Positions 35,990 through 45,449 are shown, numbered from the stretch's first letter. The stretch: 64,000 nucleotides of DNA from a virus (IMGVR_UViG_3300016471_000834:23766-87765), one strand, 5' to 3'. Numbers and translations: made by a program. The notes: generated from the letters alone by a model not told the origin.

Positions 35990-37378
35990 TCAGGCCTCGC
36001 TCGAGGCCCCGGTCTCGTACTTTCCATGCTTCTTACGCCACTGAGCGTAAGCCTCCGCCAAAGACCACTGTCCCGCCATCGCCCCGTAGACCAAAGAGTA
36101 GGCGAATGCGTCCTGTACATCACCCTTCCCCAGCTTCTTGCGGCTCAGGCGCTTCAGCACCCCGCGATACTTCATGCTCTCCATCCGGTTGCTGAACGCG
36201 GTCGTCACGAGGGAGCGGATGCGCCCGTTCGCAAGTCTCTCTACGATGAGCTGGACCTCCCTGCTCAGCGCTGCCATCAGCACCAGCTTTGACAGCCGGG
36301 GATAGCTCGTTGGCGCAACGGCAAAGTCCGTCAGCATGTAAGCCGTAGGCCCCTCCATCATGCTTTCGTAGGCCGCCGCCGTGTCTCCCCCAATCCTTAC
36401 CGCAAACACCCCAACCATGACCTCATCCACAAACACACCGTAGGCCGCGGTCGGCGTGCCTGGGATGATTCCCGGGTTCAGGTATGCCGCTCGCAGGCTC
36501 TCGAACACGGGCTGCTTCAGCTGCTTGACGTGGAGCACGCCTTTCTCTGGGAGCTGCATGCCCTCCTTCAATCGATTCAGCAATGCTGGCTCGAGCTGGC
36601 GCTGCCGGGTGACCAGACGCACGGGGCCACCGTTCGAATAGATGAAGATGGGCACGCCTCCCCCGTCCGTAAAGCAGATCCCTCGAAGGAAGCTTTCCCA
36701 CTCCTCGAGCCGCTCCTTCGTCCCGAAGAGCCAGTGTCGGCGCTCGGCCATCTTCCGAAAGAGTTCCATGACCCCGGACAGCTCAAGCATGGGGTAGCTG
36801 GGCCGGGGCCAGTCGAAGACGGCTTCGAGCGGCGCATAGAGCTTCTCGTAACCGCCTCCCCAGAATGGCGGGAAGCTCACCACCCCGGCATCCAGGGGAA
36901 TCCGGTCGATGTGCTCCATGATGTCACCGCAGAAGAAGGAGGCCAGCTTCAACGTGCTCTTCCGCACCTTCTCAGCGGTTGCCTTGTGGAGCGCCGGCCA
37001 CTGTGCTTTCCAGGCCTGCTGCATCCGCTTGTAGTAGGCGTTCTGCTTCCCCCAGCCCTCCAGCAGTCGGGTGGCGAGCATGATGGTCGCCACCGCGTCA
37101 ACCGGCTCCTTCAAGTAGGCCTCGAGCCATCCATACTGCTCCTTCACCTCCTCCTTGACACTGATCTCGTGCGGCGTCCCTGCCGCATACAGGCCCAGGG
37201 TGGACGTGTAGAGGCTCACATCGTTGCCATGGAGCCGCAGATCTGGCAGGTTGTCGCAGCACATCCGTTCGATCGTCAGATTCCCGGAGCAGCCCACATA
37301 GAGGTCCGTGATCTGCCACTCACGAATGTGCTGCAAGAGAATCGCTCTCATCGCGCTTGGAATAGAACCTTGAAACAT
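35990..37378 (-). CDS. Adenine-methyltransferase-like domain fused to a GNAT/Mom-like domain
   Basis: N-terminal 'DLYVGCSGNLTIE...LHGND' (SAM-binding-like) and 'SFPPF' (motif IV-like); C-terminal 'YGV...VG.F...YMLTDFAV...Y.RLSKLVL.AA...TTAF...SMKYRG' GNAT-like. Confidence 0.65.
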   Translation of the reverse strand: MFQGSIPSAMRAILLQHIREWQITDLYVGCSGNLTIERMCCDNLPDLRLHGNDVSLYTSTLGLYAAGTPHEISVKEEVKEQYGWLEAYLKEPVDAVATIMLATRLLEGWGKQNAYYKRMQQAWKAQWPALHKATAEKVRKSTLKLASFFCGDIMEHIDRIPLDAGVVSFPPFWGGGYEKLYAPLEAVFDWPRPSYPMLELSGVMELFRKMAERRHWLFGTKERLEEWESFLRGICFTDGGGVPIFIYSNGGPVRLVTRQRQLEPALLNRLKEGMQLPEKGVLHVKQLKQPVFESLRAAYLNPGIIPGTPTAAYGVFVDEVMVGVFAVRIGGDTAAAYESMMEGPTAYMLTDFAVAPTSYPRLSKLVLMAALSREVQLIVERLANGRIRSLVTTAFSNRMESMKYRGVLKRLSRKKLGKGDVQDAFAYSLVYGAMAGQWSLAEAYAQWRKKHGKYETGASSEA

Positions 37379-37503
37379 GGAGTCCTCCTATACCTCATAT
37401 AGATCGTAGCATGACTGGCAGACTCTGCTATAGCCGAATGAGCTTACTCGTCTGCGTTGTTGCTACTTAGGTGATAGGATGGGATTTCGCGGCGGGCGTG
37501 TGG

Positions 37504-37890
37504 TCAGGACTCAGGCGGATTGATGGGCTGAAGAGACCGAAGTTCAAATGATTCCATCCGATTCGACCCATCAGGCGAGGATATCAATCTGTGAATAACA
37601 ATTTTCACTCCACTATCCAGAAATCCCCTGAGCAGGTCAGCAGTGAAGGCATGGTATCCTATTCCCTCGAAGCTCTGGAGATGGACTCCTGACTTCAACT
37701 TGGCGCTCCAGATCGAGCTGTAGCCGATGAACACCACATCTGCTTCTGAACCGACCTTCAACCCATATTTATACTGCTCCCGGTGTCGATTCTCGAACGG
37801 GAACATCGACTCCCATTCCGTTCTAAACCGTTCTGGCTCAAGGTAGTCAGCAGCTGGAACCTGGATGAGTTCCTTGTAACTCCTGCTCAT
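37504..37890 (-). CDS. Hypothetical protein
   Basis: 128 aa, overlap with the SSB stop. Confidence 0.55.
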   Translation of the reverse strand: MSRSYKELIQVPAADYLEPERFRTEWESMFPFENRHREQYKYGLKVGSEADVVFIGYSSIWSAKLKSGVHLQSFEGIGYHAFTADLLRGFLDSGVKIVIHRLISSPDGSNRMESFELRSLQPINPPES

Positions 37891-38285
37891 CGCGCCTCCC
37901 CGTCGTGCATATCATCTGCCAGAGCGGGTTGCTGGCCGGGCCGAAGCAGTTGGATGGTATCAACCACCACTTCCGTTGACGAGCGATGTTCTCCCTCTGC
38001 CGTTGTCCAGGTTCGAGTGTGCAGACGACCCTCGAGGTAGATCGGGCGGCCCTTCTCGCAATACTGGCCGATGATCTCCGCCAGCTTTCCAAAGGCCACA
38101 GCCTTGTGCCACTCAACCTCCTCCTGACGCTCGCCTGACTTATCCAGGAAGGTTCGCGCCGTCGCCAGCGAGAACGCTGCCACAGGCCTGCCTTCGGGTG
38201 TGTACTTCAATTCCGGTGTCCGCCCCAGGTTGCCCATCAAAATGACCTTGTTGATACCCCTCATCGCGTTCTCCCTTCGTGCCAT
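37887..38285 (-). CDS. ssb: Single-stranded DNA-binding protein
   Basis: 'INKVILMGNLGRTPELKYT..G..VA.FSLAT...EWH..VAFGKLAEI...Y..KG..IYLEGRL.TR.W' canonical SSB. Start may be 38264. Confidence 0.95.
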   Translation of the reverse strand: MARRENAMRGINKVILMGNLGRTPELKYTPEGRPVAAFSLATARTFLDKSGERQEEVEWHKAVAFGKLAEIIGQYCEKGRPIYLEGRLHTRTWTTAEGEHRSSTEVVVDTIQLLRPGQQPALADDMHDGEAR

Positions 38286-38286
38286 A

Positions 38287-38739
38287 TCAGGCTCCCATCA
38301 TTCTCTCGGCAGCTACCTCTCGAGCAAAGTCCGCATCCGCCTTCTGCTTGTCCTGGATGCACTTGACCAGATCCGCCGATGTTGCGCTGATGTCCAGAAC
38401 AGGCACAACCCGCTTGCCCTTGCACTGCGGGCAGTCGATATCATAGGTCCCAGAGGTATACTCCTCGGCCAGGTCGGGATCGGCATCAAAGTCCGCGCTC
38501 GTCAGACCACCACAGTCGACCGATGGGTTGACGACCTTCCCCCGCCCCTCGCAAAGGTCGCACACCTCGAATCTCAAATGGACCTGCTTCACGACTTCCT
38601 CACCATCATCATTCTCGTAGGTGAAGTTCGCGGTCATGCTCTTCTCATTCACATCCGTGAACAGAGGCTCCGCCTCCATCGCACGAACACGACGGTCGTT
38701 GTAGTAGTTCATGTCCTCAATGTGCTGACGCCAGTTCAT
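38287..38739 (-). CDS. DnaJ-type zinc-finger hypothetical protein
   Basis: 'CDLCEGRG' and 'CPQCKG.RV' repeats. Confidence 0.65.
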   Translation of the reverse strand: MNWRQHIEDMNYYNDRRVRAMEAEPLFTDVNEKSMTANFTYENDDGEEVVKQVHLRFEVCDLCEGRGKVVNPSVDCGGLTSADFDADPDLAEEYTSGTYDIDCPQCKGKRVVPVLDISATSADLVKCIQDKQKADADFAREVAAERMMGA

Positions 38740-38836
38740 CTTGACCCCCTTCATCATGCGCTGTTGCCGTCCCGGCGAATACCCTTCGTGCCATCGAAGC
38801 ACCCGCCGTAACCATCTCATAAAGTAGGTTGATGGT

Positions 38837-38857
38837 GTAATAGTATCCTAACATATT
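38837..38857 (-). promoter_or_regulatory. Extended -10 promoter motif (copy A)
   Basis: Minus strand AATATGTTAGGATACTATTAC with upstream T-tract; 20/21 identical to the copy at 44112. Confidence 0.6.
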
Positions 38858-38932
38858 GACGCTGGATTGGAAGAAAAAAGCGGGAGTGTGCAGAAAAGTG
38901 GTTCATTTTCGCGGGTGTTGCTATCTGCACAG

Positions 38933-39316
38933 TCACTGTGCAGGATGGATCTTCCTGGTTCGGCCCTTTCTCCATCCCCCCTTCTGGAGATCCGGCCCGC
39001 GGCTCTTGCGCTCGAGGTACAGACGCCAGACATCTGCCGGCCCGAATGTAGAGGGGCCTGTCTCCTGCTCCGCATGGAGCTGTCCCTGGCGCTTCATCGC
39101 GATGACTCGCTGGCTGGTCACTCCCAGAACGCGGCCCACTTCCTGTGCCGTGAGGCTTGCCCTCATCTCTGGGCCTGCCAGCGCTTGCACCTCAGATTTT
39201 CCCTCCGAAGCATCTGCGCATCGCTTCTCCCATACGCCCAAGGGCTCCTGAAACAGCCTGGCCTCGCCTAACTTGCGGAGCCAGTAACCCAGCATGATCT
39301 TCTGCTCCATGCTCAT
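38933..39316 (-). CDS. Excisionase/MerR-type HTH DNA-binding protein
   Basis: 'LTAQEVGRVLGVTSQRVIAM.RQGQL......F...DV'. Confidence 0.7.
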   Translation of the reverse strand: MSMEQKIMLGYWLRKLGEARLFQEPLGVWEKRCADASEGKSEVQALAGPEMRASLTAQEVGRVLGVTSQRVIAMKRQGQLHAEQETGPSTFGPADVWRLYLERKSRGPDLQKGGWRKGRTRKIHPAQ

Positions 39317-40083
39317 GACTTCACCTGAGAGTCTACGGTTTCTACAATCAGCTCATGGGGAGCCGGAACCGGCGTGCCCCATGATATATCCCCACAGCGT
39401 GCAACTCGGATTTCCAGAAAGCGCTCAAGCCATGCCTGATTCAGATAGGCGGTCGCCATGACCTCAGCTTCGGCCTGGGTGTCAGTGCTCCCGATCTCCC
39501 TCTTGTGCCCTCCCAGGCCAATCGCATATACCCACCTGCCATTCACAGGCCGGACAGAGCAGAAGAGGTGCTCTGAGGACATGCTCATGATTCCCGCGTG
39601 GAAGGCCGATTCGCGCTCGAGCTGCACGGGAGCTGTCCAGGCGAATACGTCGAGATTGGGATCGCCTCGCCATTGGCGGACGTGGTCGTCCAACTGCTCT
39701 CCCTGCAGGCCCTGCAGCAACTCTGGGAACCCGTGAACATTTTCATAGGCGGCACAATCCAGCCGATCATCCTCGCTCACGGGATAACGGTCTCTGCTGA
39801 CGACCATCGCGCCTTCGGGCACGATCGGCACTCGAGCCATTGTGCGATACAGGTCATACTCCACATCGCGCCAGGTCCATTCCCTGGCCCAGACGTGCCA
39901 TTGTACCCCTGGGGCCTGAACGCCAGCCGGCACGGCAATCATCGTGATGAGACGGGACTTTCTCAGGTGTCGCGCCCCAGCCGTCGTGATAAACAGGTGC
40001 TCTTTCATTTCATGCTCCTCGCCCTCTCTCAAGGGCCATCGGTCGTTGCGTTCTACTTCTTGCCTTGTTCCATCTCCAGCCAT
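39313..40083 (-). CDS. Hypothetical protein
   Basis: Track ORF; start may be nearer 40008. Confidence 0.55.
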   Translation of the reverse strand: MAGDGTRQEVERNDRWPLREGEEHEMKEHLFITTAGARHLRKSRLITMIAVPAGVQAPGVQWHVWAREWTWRDVEYDLYRTMARVPIVPEGAMVVSRDRYPVSEDDRLDCAAYENVHGFPELLQGLQGEQLDDHVRQWRGDPNLDVFAWTAPVQLERESAFHAGIMSMSSEHLFCSVRPVNGRWVYAIGLGGHKREIGSTDTQAEAEVMATAYLNQAWLERFLEIRVARCGDISWGTPVPAPHELIVETVDSQVKS

Positions 40084-40253
40084 GCGTCTCGCTTCTCACG
40101 AGCTGCCTCGAGCGAGTTCGCCACGCAGCTGAATAACTTCCCCTCGGGCGTCCGATAATCGTATTGGTATCGAACCTTACCTCCGACATTGAACTGCTCA
40201 TGCCGCTCTGTTCCAGGAGGACACATTGAACAGCCTCTCACGTCCGTTTTCAT
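40053..40253 (-). CDS. DUF3873-like small protein
   Basis: 'E.F......YQYDYRTPEG.LFSCVA.SLE.AR.KRD.WL' motif. Confidence 0.65.
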   Translation of the reverse strand: MKTDVRGCSMCPPGTERHEQFNVGGKVRYQYDYRTPEGKLFSCVANSLEAAREKRDAWLEMEQGKK

Positions 40254-40262
40254 CGTTGACTC

Positions 40263-40568
40263 CTATGCTACTGGCTCTGTTTGCCATCCTTTGGTTCCGA
40301 CTGCGTTCAAGGCAAGCTCCCTGGCGAAGTAACTGATGACGGTGCCTCTGTTTCTCTTCGCCCAACGAGATTTCAATGCCCGCTCGAGCGCCTCTTTTCT
40401 CTTTTGAAGCGTCTCCAACCCCTCCGCATTGATATAGAGCCGCAACTCCTTCATGCAGCGCTTGCGGATTTCGGCATCACTCAGAAATCGACCGTGGTTC
40501 GTCGTGAGATCCAGGTTTAGCCCGTAGTTCATCATCTTCCCTTCACTGATTCGCAGGCACCCAGACAT
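40263..40568 (-). CDS. Hypothetical protein
   Basis: Basic, about 90-100 aa. Confidence 0.5.
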   Translation of the reverse strand: MSGCLRISEGKMMNYGLNLDLTTNHGRFLSDAEIRKRCMKELRLYINAEGLETLQKRKEALERALKSRWAKRNRGTVISYFARELALNAVGTKGWQTEPVA

Positions 40569-40680
40569 AGGCGCTCTGCTTCAGGTTGGCGGCCAGGGCC
40601 TGGGCACGGCTCATCGTTTTCGTCTGCACAGTGCGGCCCGTGGCCGCGTGAATCAGTTCGTACTTCATGCTGCTGCTTCC

Positions 40681-40974
40681 TCACTCACCAATGCGGAATT
40701 CACGATCTGGATTGCATTTGCCGACCAGACAGTCCCCGAAGACCTGCTGCTTGTAGATCCTCACGAGCCATCCCTTCTGCCCTCCTCGCAGTTCCACGCC
40801 CTTCTTGATCTCCTCCTGCCAACCCTGAACCATCGGCACGTTCCAGGCGTAGTTGCCAGACGTCGCAGGATTGCGGCCGGTGAAGAGTTCGACGCGGAGG
40901 CTGAACTTGGGATGGGTCTGGGTGACTTGAGACATCTGAGGCTCCTTCTTGCCGGCGCTCATTCTCATGAGCAC
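40681..40974 (-). CDS. Hypothetical protein
   Basis: First ORF behind the 40990 promoter. Confidence 0.55.
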   Translation of the reverse strand: MLMRMSAGKKEPQMSQVTQTHPKFSLRVELFTGRNPATSGNYAWNVPMVQGWQEEIKKGVELRGGQKGWLVRIYKQQVFGDCLVGKCNPDREFRIGE

Positions 40975-40989
40975 GTTGTTTATGGTGAT

Positions 40990-41018
40990 ACTATATTCAC
41001 CAATTCACAGTACGTCAA
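40990..41018 (-). promoter_or_regulatory. sigma70-like promoter
   Basis: TTGACG-N17-TATAGT. Confidence 0.7.
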
Positions 41019-41046
41019 GCGCATTTTTCGTATCCGACACAAATAA

Positions 41047-41403
41047 TCACGCTGGTTCGTATGCCCGGACGTCGTGACCGCCACAGGGGGCCTGAGCAGT
41101 CGTCACAGTCAGCTTTCCCTGCCTGTGCAGCCTCCGCAGGGTGCTCTCGCAGTGCTCCCTGACCACCTTGCGCCAGGGACCGTTCTGCTCACTGTACCAG
41201 TCGGCCACGTAGGCGGCGGTTATGACAGGTTCGGGCTTCTTAACCCCCTGCTCCCGGATCTGCCGCCATGCCTCATAGGTCCGGCGGATGCGGTCGAGGA
41301 CATCCTCTGCTGTGATTCGCTCAAGCCGCTCGGCCTTCAATCGTTCGTATACGCTGCTCACAAAGTACCTCTCATCCAATGTAGAGTTCGCCGTCCTTCT
41401 CAA
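41047..41403 (-). CDS. Hypothetical protein (winged-helix-like)
   Basis: 118 aa; '..VRE....TLRRLHRQGKL' helix-wing pattern. Confidence 0.5.
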   Translation of the reverse strand: MRRTANSTLDERYFVSSVYERLKAERLERITAEDVLDRIRRTYEAWRQIREQGVKKPEPVITAAYVADWYSEQNGPWRKVVREHCESTLRRLHRQGKLTVTTAQAPCGGHDVRAYEPA

Positions 41404-41929
41404 AGGCCATGACCTCAGCGGTTGGGCCAGCGTGGCTCATTAGCGCTTTCAGATGAGACTCAAGGTCCGTTTTTACCGCCTGCACATAGATCACGTCGTT
41501 GGGAGTCATCGGGACGCCGACGTAGACCATGCCGGGCTCTCGCAGCCGACGAAGTACGTCGACCACTGCGATTACACCGCTGGATCCCTTTGGAAGTGCC
41601 ATCTCATCCTCCTCGCTGTAATGCTCGTCCCTAATCTCTGGAAAGGAATACTCGAGCCCCCAATGAAACAGCTCGATGAATTCGTTGATGGTGTAGTACC
41701 GCTGTTCGTCCAGCAACCAAGTTCCCGGCAGCTCATCGAGCACTGTCACCGGCCCCTCATTCTGCTGAGTCGCATAGCACTCGGCCAATTCGCGCCAGGT
41801 CCGCCCATCGCTCCGAAGCAAGCCGTTGATGGCTCGAGCGGTGGGGCGGGCGTCGACTGCGACATCCTTCAGCAAGTCCGCTTTCAGTCCACCCCATGCC
41901 AGCACGTTTTCAATCACCGGGTCCAACAT
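41372..41929 (-). CDS. Hypothetical protein
   Basis: 3' part of track ORF 41372..42082 from ATG at 41929 with GAGG RBS. Confidence 0.5.
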   Translation of the reverse strand: MLDPVIENVLAWGGLKADLLKDVAVDARPTARAINGLLRSDGRTWRELAECYATQQNEGPVTVLDELPGTWLLDEQRYYTINEFIELFHWGLEYSFPEIRDEHYSEEDEMALPKGSSGVIAVVDVLRRLREPGMVYVGVPMTPNDVIYVQAVKTDLESHLKALMSHAGPTAEVMAFEKDGELYIG

Positions 41930-41943
41930 GAGTCCCTCCTGAC

Positions 41944-42246
41944 TCAATCCCACTTCCAACGGATCATCTTTGCCTGGCGCTCTAACGCCACTGCCTGCTC
42001 GAGATCCGCGTCTCTTGCACGTCGGTATCGTGTGCGATGGGCTTCTACTTCCTGCCGACCCCCTGTCGTCTGCGTCACCCACTGCACGAAGAGCACATGC
42101 CGATGGGTTCTTTGATCGGCGGCCAGCACCTCGTCAAAGGCCGTCGAGATGTAGGCGGCACTCACCGCCATCCAATCCAGCCTGTCCATGCTTGGAGCTG
42201 CACCAGTCTGCTCTGTGAAGGCCTGGACGAACTCTTGATACATCAT
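41944..42246 (-). CDS. Hypothetical protein
   Basis: 100 aa with RBS. Confidence 0.5.
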   Translation of the reverse strand: MMYQEFVQAFTEQTGAAPSMDRLDWMAVSAAYISTAFDEVLAADQRTHRHVLFVQWVTQTTGGRQEVEAHRTRYRRARDADLEQAVALERQAKMIRWKWD

Positions 42247-42270
42247 CTCCGGGCCCTCCTACTCAGCAGC

Positions 42271-42918
42271 CTACACGTCGCTCACGCGCACCATGTCGAT
42301 CTTTTCAACGATGGCCCAGCGATAGACCCGTCCCAGGTAGGTCCAGATAAAGGTGTCGCCGTCGATGATGTTGTCATTCACCTGCAGCTCGTCATAGAGC
42401 TTGCGATCCAGCTCTCGCAGGATGGCAGCTTCAAGGGTCTGGCCATCCTCACGCCAGCTGTCCAGCAAGAGGCGCGAATCCCGCGTCTCACGCTCCTCAC
42501 AGCCATCCTCGTAGGCATCTGCCGCTGGGAGGCCAATGATCCAAGCCCAGCGAGCCGAGACCCCCATGAAATCGTCTTGCTCAAACTCCACGTCGATCGT
42601 GAACTCCCTGGGAGCTGTGCCTCGAGCGGCCATCCTGAAGGCCATCATCTTCTCGTGGAGGCGCTTTGCTTCATCTCGAGACCGCACAGCCTCATCGGGC
42701 GTCACGCCCGTGGTGATGAAGTACTTCTCGTCCATAGTGAGCCGGGGCAGCCGCGTCTGGTATGTTCCACCCTTGGCAAACTCATCGAGCTCCTGCTGTG
42801 TGACATCCAGGTCCAATGTGTTGTTGCGCCGGCTGACCGGGGACCATCTCGTGATCTTCATCTCAAGCCTCCTTTTTCTCGCTCGACTCCAATGGCCCGC
42901 GGCCCCGCCCCGTTCCAT
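42271..42918 (-). CDS. Hypothetical protein
   Basis: First ORF behind the 42933 promoter. Confidence 0.6.
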   Translation of the reverse strand: MERGGAAGHWSRARKRRLEMKITRWSPVSRRNNTLDLDVTQQELDEFAKGGTYQTRLPRLTMDEKYFITTGVTPDEAVRSRDEAKRLHEKMMAFRMAARGTAPREFTIDVEFEQDDFMGVSARWAWIIGLPAADAYEDGCEERETRDSRLLLDSWREDGQTLEAAILRELDRKLYDELQVNDNIIDGDTFIWTYLGRVYRWAIVEKIDMVRVSDV

Positions 42919-42932
42919 TGTGTTAATGATTT

Positions 42933-42953
42933 GTAATAGTATTATGGCATAAG
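42933..42953 (-). promoter_or_regulatory. Extended -10 promoter motif (copy B)
   Basis: Minus strand CTTATGCCATAATACTATTAC; shares the ATACTATTAC tail with copies A and C. Confidence 0.55.
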
Positions 42954-43231
42954 TACCTGAAAAGTGAAGAGAAATAGCCTTTCATCATCACAAAGTTCTG
43001 CCATTTGTGGCACTCTATTTGCATCTGTGCATGGTCTCTGAGTGATTTCGACGGGAAGGGGTCTAATCCCCCCGTAGAAAGGCTATGCCCCCCTTTGATA
43101 GATGGGTCTGGATCAGATCTTTAAGGGGGTCCACCGATCTCCCCATACACGGCATTTGCGGGGGCGTTTCTGTCGATTTCGCTGGTGGGATGGCCCGGTT
43201 TGTGGGGGCTGTGGATACCCCCCCTCAACAC

Positions 43232-43260
43232 AAAAAGGCCCACGCCGAATGGCGTAGGCC
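43232..43260 (-). terminator. Rho-independent terminator
   Basis: GGCCTACGCC-ATTC-GGCGTGGGCC-TTTTTG on the minus strand, downstream of 43346..44050. Confidence 0.8.
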
Positions 43261-43345
43261 ACGTGCTGGAGGTATGAAGCCCGCTTAAAGCCGGGCGATA
43301 AAGGGGCCGGGGGGCCCGCAGACCCCCCGGGAGAGAGTGGATGGG

Positions 43346-44050
43346 TTACTCGCTGGCGGGAGCCTCTGACGACTCGCTGGCGGGCTCTGCGCTGTCCTGG
43401 GCATCAGTCTCCTGGGTCTCCTCATCCTGCCCCGGGAGCGCCGTCAGGTCCGCGTAGCCCTCGAACACGTGGGCGCCAGGGCGGCTCATCGCCACCGCCA
43501 GGGCCACCTTGCTGTAATCGGCGCCAGCGGCCTTGTACATCGCGCAGTTGGGATGGATGAAGTTGAACCGGGTCGCCCCGAACTCCCGCGGGCGGAGCAG
43601 CCGCTCGTCCAGATCTCCCTGGGAGAAGTGATTCACCATCTGCACCGCCATCGGGTGGTCCGGGTTGAATCCAGCGTGCGCCGCATTGAAGAGGACGGCC
43701 TTGAACTCCTCCTTGATGGGGCCGTAGAAGGTCCGGATCTTTCCCTTCTCGCCAGCCTTTGCGAAATAGAAGCCAGCGGTGCCAGGAGCGCCGAACATGT
43801 CCTTGACCTCCAGGGCCGGGAGGCGGAATTTAAGGGTGAGGGGCACGGGAGCCTCAAGAGAGGCATCGCCGCCATCCTTCTCGGCCTCCTCAACCAGGAG
43901 GTCCGCCTTGGCCTCCTCCTTGACTTCCACCTCGCTCTCCAGCTCCTGGGGATCGGCGACCTCCTCGACCACCGGCTGCTGCACGGCCTTCTCGAGAGAG
44001 GAAGTGTTGACGACATCCGAGACCACGACGTTGTTGTTGCGCTTGCCCAT
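43346..44050 (-). CDS. Acidic hypothetical protein in its own transcription unit
   Basis: ATG at 44050; Glu/Asp-rich termini; nearly all-G/C third positions; own promoter and terminator. Confidence 0.7.
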   Translation of the reverse strand: MGKRNNNVVVSDVVNTSSLEKAVQQPVVEEVADPQELESEVEVKEEAKADLLVEEAEKDGGDASLEAPVPLTLKFRLPALEVKDMFGAPGTAGFYFAKAGEKGKIRTFYGPIKEEFKAVLFNAAHAGFNPDHPMAVQMVNHFSQGDLDERLLRPREFGATRFNFIHPNCAMYKAAGADYSKVALAVAMSRPGAHVFEGYADLTALPGQDEETQETDAQDSAEPASESSEAPASE

Positions 44051-44111
44051 GACTAGTTCCTTTGCTAGTAGGAGTTTGGGCACCCCCTTGATTCACATTT
44101 GATTCAAGGAA

Positions 44112-44132
44112 GTAATAGTATCCTAGCATATT
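44112..44132 (-). promoter_or_regulatory. Extended -10 promoter motif (copy C)
   Basis: Minus strand AATATGCTAGGATACTATTAC with upstream T-tract. Confidence 0.6.
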
Positions 44133-44575
44133 ACCCTGAATAGAAAAGAAAAAAGAGTGTAACAGCACGATTTTTCAAAAGATTTTTCTGCACAAAATGA
44201 CACACTTGACTTGGTGCATAAAGCGACCCACCTGAAAAACCTGCCTTTAGTGGCACTATTCCGGTGATGACTCTAAGTCATTGAATGTAGTATCGATTCA
44301 CCTGCCTTTGTCGTCAATCCATATCTATTCTATTGCCTTTTATGGTAGTGGCGCTACGGACCTAAGTGGTTGTTTATTATGGCTTATCTCCTGCACATTG
44401 CGCTTTGAACTGCGCACCGAATGACACTCGCGGCATGTGACTGTGCAGATGGATTGCGAATTTGCGCCTGACTGTACTCCTGGGCGCTTCGCACGCACCG
44501 GTTCCCGCCTGACTGTACAGTGCCTTAGAGGTGTTCACAGGCATGGGTCCAGACCCCCCTGGGCGGCTCGTGACG

Positions 44576-44730
44576 CCCCGATCGGGAGGGGGGTCTTATG
44601 GCTCTTTGGTTGGGATCTCCCCCGTGCGCGTCGAAACAGCCCCATGCACAGTTGGAGCTGACAGATAGGACCGATTTATCTCCCGGGTGGTGGCTAAAAG
44701 CCCCGCATACCCCAGATCGGGAGGGGGGTG
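44576..44730. repeat. Short direct repeats in non-coding DNA
   Basis: GATCGGGAGGGGGGT at about 44580 and 44716; additionally GCCTGACTGTAC at about 44466 and 44507. Confidence 0.6.
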
Positions 44731-44910
44731 TTTATCCCCCCGTTAAGGGGAGTGTTAGATCGTGGCCTGGTGGGGCGCATGCAAGGGGTTACTCCGATTT
44801 TCGGGCTCGGGTGATAGCTATTTCGTTGCCATCTGTTTGCACAGCCAGCGCCGAATGAACCATCAGACGCAATGGATTTTGAAGGGGATTTCCACTCGTC
44901 GACTGTGCAA

Positions 44911-45402
44911 TCAGCGCTTCGCTCGTGGGGGGACGCTGAACAGGGACAGTTGGGGCGGCACTTCGATCTTCGGAGGTTCCTCCAACTTTGGTGCAGGTGG
45001 GGCCACGATCAGTTCGGGCACCTCAACGCTCAATCTTCGCTGGAACCACTCTGCGACCAGCCTTCGGTGGCAAAACTCCCCAGCATGGACGTTCTCAAAG
45101 CACAGCATGACGGCATCGCGTCCGATGTCTCTCAGCACCGCGTCTGGCCTGAGCTTTGCCAACACTCGAGCCTGAAACAGCTCGGTGTAGTAGGCGTTGG
45201 CGACCTCCTCCCCTTCATCCTCCTGCTTTTGCCGGGCCGCCTTCAACAGCCAGCCAGGGGGCGCGAGCTCGGTATAGTGTTTCGATGTCCAGGGCTGCAG
45301 CCACTTGGGCAATCCTAAGGAAATGGCGACAAGCCTCGGCTTCAAGTCCGGCATACGGCTCGTCGTCTGGTAGTTCGACGTTTGCAATCTCACATCCGCC
45401 AC
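44911..45402 (-). CDS. DUF488-family protein
   Basis: 'TSNY...ISLG.PKW...Y.ELAP..WLL...Y...VL.KL.P...LCFE....FCHRRLVAEW' signature. Confidence 0.8.
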   Translation of the reverse strand: MADVRLQTSNYQTTSRMPDLKPRLVAISLGLPKWLQPWTSKHYTELAPPGWLLKAARQKQEDEGEEVANAYYTELFQARVLAKLRPDAVLRDIGRDAVMLCFENVHAGEFCHRRLVAEWFQRRLSVEVPELIVAPPAPKLEEPPKIEVPPQLSLFSVPPRAKR

Positions 45403-45440
45403 TGTGTACCCTTTCTGTATGGTTAGAAGGTGGATAGGAT

Positions 45441-45449
45441 ATTATAACA
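45441..45449 (-). promoter_or_regulatory. Extended -10 element (TGtTATAAT)
   Basis: TGnTATAAT followed by ATCCTATCC, resembling the promoters at 50964 and 56462. Confidence 0.5.

Noticed and set aside
44430-44760. CRISPR or mini-array
   Set aside because: Only two copies of each short repeat, irregular spacing, and no cas genes.
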